Assembly: GCA_963736105.1 (NCBI GenBank)
Contig: CAVTNL010000001.1
Location: forward strand, 862,688 to 926,687
Length of the DNA stretch: 64,000 nucleotides
Direction: 5' to 3'
Origin: an uncultured Nitrospiraceae bacterium
GTDB lineage: Bacteria; Nitrospirota; Thermodesulfovibrionia; Thermodesulfovibrionales; Dissulfurispiraceae
The translations under genes and the position numbers were made by a program. Of the stretch, positions 62,858-64,000 are shown piece after piece. The first letter of the stretch is position 1. Each line of letters begins with the position of its first letter. The notes beneath the pieces were generated by a model. The model ran no database searches. It was not told the DNA's origin and saw only the letters and a list, made by a program, of their open reading frames with translations.

Positions 62858-63181
62858 TTAGTCCTGTTTGGCTAATACCACCGCTGTACCGTAAGCAACG
62901 ATTTCGCTCATGGTCTGCCCAATCTCCGAGGAATCAAAGCGCATCATTACGATGGCGTTTGCCTGCATGATAGTCGCATTCTTTACCATGCGGTCAATGG
63001 CATGCAGGCGTGCTTCTTCGAGGAGCTGCGTGTACTCGGTAATCTCGCCGCCAACAAGTGAACGCAGACCTGCCATAATGTTACCTCCAAGTCCACGACT
63101 GCGAACCACCAATCCGAACACCTGTCCCTTGACTGCGATGACCCGATAGCCTGGGACATTTTCCGTTGTAACTACGATCAT
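62858..63181 (-). CDS. YbjQ/UPF0145-family protein (heavy-metal-binding domain-like)
   Basis: 107 aa; conserved YRVIAVKGQVFGLVVRSRGLGGNIMAGLRSL... pattern of UPF0145. Confidence 0.7.
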   Translation of the reverse strand: MIVVTTENVPGYRVIAVKGQVFGLVVRSRGLGGNIMAGLRSLVGGEITEYTQLLEEARLHAIDRMVKNATIMQANAIVMMRFDSSEIGQTMSEIVAYGTAVVLAKQD

Positions 63182-63332
63182 AGCACCCTCCGCTGGAAAT
63201 CATGTCGATACATATATCATTCTTATTTCATCGCACCTTCATTTGCAATTACTCCGCCTCCCATAGCACTTGAATTCCATATCAGTCAGGCACCCCATAT
63301 CATTCGAGTCTCGTGAGGCTACTGGTTATAAA

Positions 63333-63884
63333 CTATGTCTTCTTCTTTTGTCTAAGAAGGGCTATAATTTTTGTTTTTAGCCCTTCTTCGAAAGCTTTGA
63401 CAACTCCAGCAGCATCTCCGCAGAAAATCATACCCGCCGGAACCGCGATAAAGAGCAACGGAGTAGATCCCGCCAGAACAAACCCGATATGGGCACCTAC
63501 GACTGGTCCTGATGCGGATGTCAGTAAATTGCCGATAGATTCACCCGTAAGCGGAGAATTCCCAAAAGCTAGAATACGAGACATTGTGACGTACTCCGCA
63601 AGTTCATATAAATATTGGTTTCTTTGAATCTTTTCATTTAAGGCAGACTCCTGGAATGAACGCCAATTCCTTATGTCACTCTCATTCTCTGCTGCTAAGG
63701 CTGTTACAACTGCTCTAATGTAACGACCGCTTTCAACGCTATCAATTGACTTAAGGTCAAGAGAAGAGATAATTTCTTCTGCTGATATGTCAGCTAGCGA
63801 GTGTGTTGGAATAGTCACGGCCTTGAAAGATGGTCCCTCATCGGGGAAGATCTCCGTCTCATACAATTTTATATAGTCCATCAT
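63333..63884 (-). CDS. Hypothetical protein
   Basis: 183-aa ORF; no family recognised. Confidence 0.3.
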   Translation of the reverse strand: MMDYIKLYETEIFPDEGPSFKAVTIPTHSLADISAEEIISSLDLKSIDSVESGRYIRAVVTALAAENESDIRNWRSFQESALNEKIQRNQYLYELAEYVTMSRILAFGNSPLTGESIGNLLTSASGPVVGAHIGFVLAGSTPLLFIAVPAGMIFCGDAAGVVKAFEEGLKTKIIALLRQKKKT

Positions 63885-64000
63885 TACCTCCCGGTAGCCT
63901 TACAAATGGCCGTCTGTCCACTTCATTTCTGCAGGTGTTTAGGGCGTTTGTCTTCGAGCGTTTCTCCGCAATCTCCGGTTCGCCACCAGCATCTGTTATA

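Overview
This 64-kb window reads as a contig from an anaerobic, probably sulfate-reducing or syntrophic bacterium, not an archaeon. The evidence is a bacterial-type SECIS hairpin directly after an in-frame UGA, a Cus-like RND efflux system with an OmpR/HisKA two-component pair, and bacterial IS families. It holds a short stretch of core redox metabolism and a great deal of mobile and accessory DNA. (1) Positions 1-4711: a HdrA / selenocysteine-MvhD(FlxD) / Flx-like Fe-S and flavoprotein cluster, where MvhD has an in-frame TGA at the conserved Cys position followed by a SECIS-like hairpin. (2) 4.8-17 kb: an oxidative and sulfur stress neighbourhood (thioredoxin, rhodanese, rubrerythrin, rubredoxin, hemerythrin, VOC, Mo-oxidoreductase). 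It contains a standalone IscB (OMEGA) nuclease with a structured upstream candidate omega-RNA region, and a DUF255 thioredoxin-domain gene split by an IS21-family element (istA/istB). (3) 17.6-19.9 kb: a secreted SBBP beta-propeller repeat protein with tandem DNA repeats. (4) About 20.3-31 kb: a low-GC island carrying a TnpB-only IS200/605 element, a CAP-domain lipoprotein, and a 1560-aa single-gene SF1 helicase with an unassigned DUF4011-like N-terminal region and a C-terminal DUF559-like PD-(D/E)xK nuclease. This is the best candidate here for an uncharacterised defence-type system. Next to it sit an SdpI-like immunity membrane protein and a flotillin with five tandem SPFH-N repeats. (5) 34.8-61.5 kb: two near-identical direct copies of an IS1380-family IS with 17-bp perfect terminal inverted repeats. 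Their 5-bp flanks are swapped between copies (ATAAA outer, TTAAT inner). That pattern fits an IS-mediated cointegrate or composite transposon carrying HigBA-like TA, a 175-bp MITE with a 9-bp TSD, a Cus/Czc-like metal efflux operon with its two-component regulators, an ABC-F ATPase and an ankyrin protein. It also carries a nested group II intron (twintron): intron B sits inside the YADD codons of intron A's reverse transcriptase, and intron B's own IEP is frameshifted. No CRISPR array, rRNA or tRNA was recognised.
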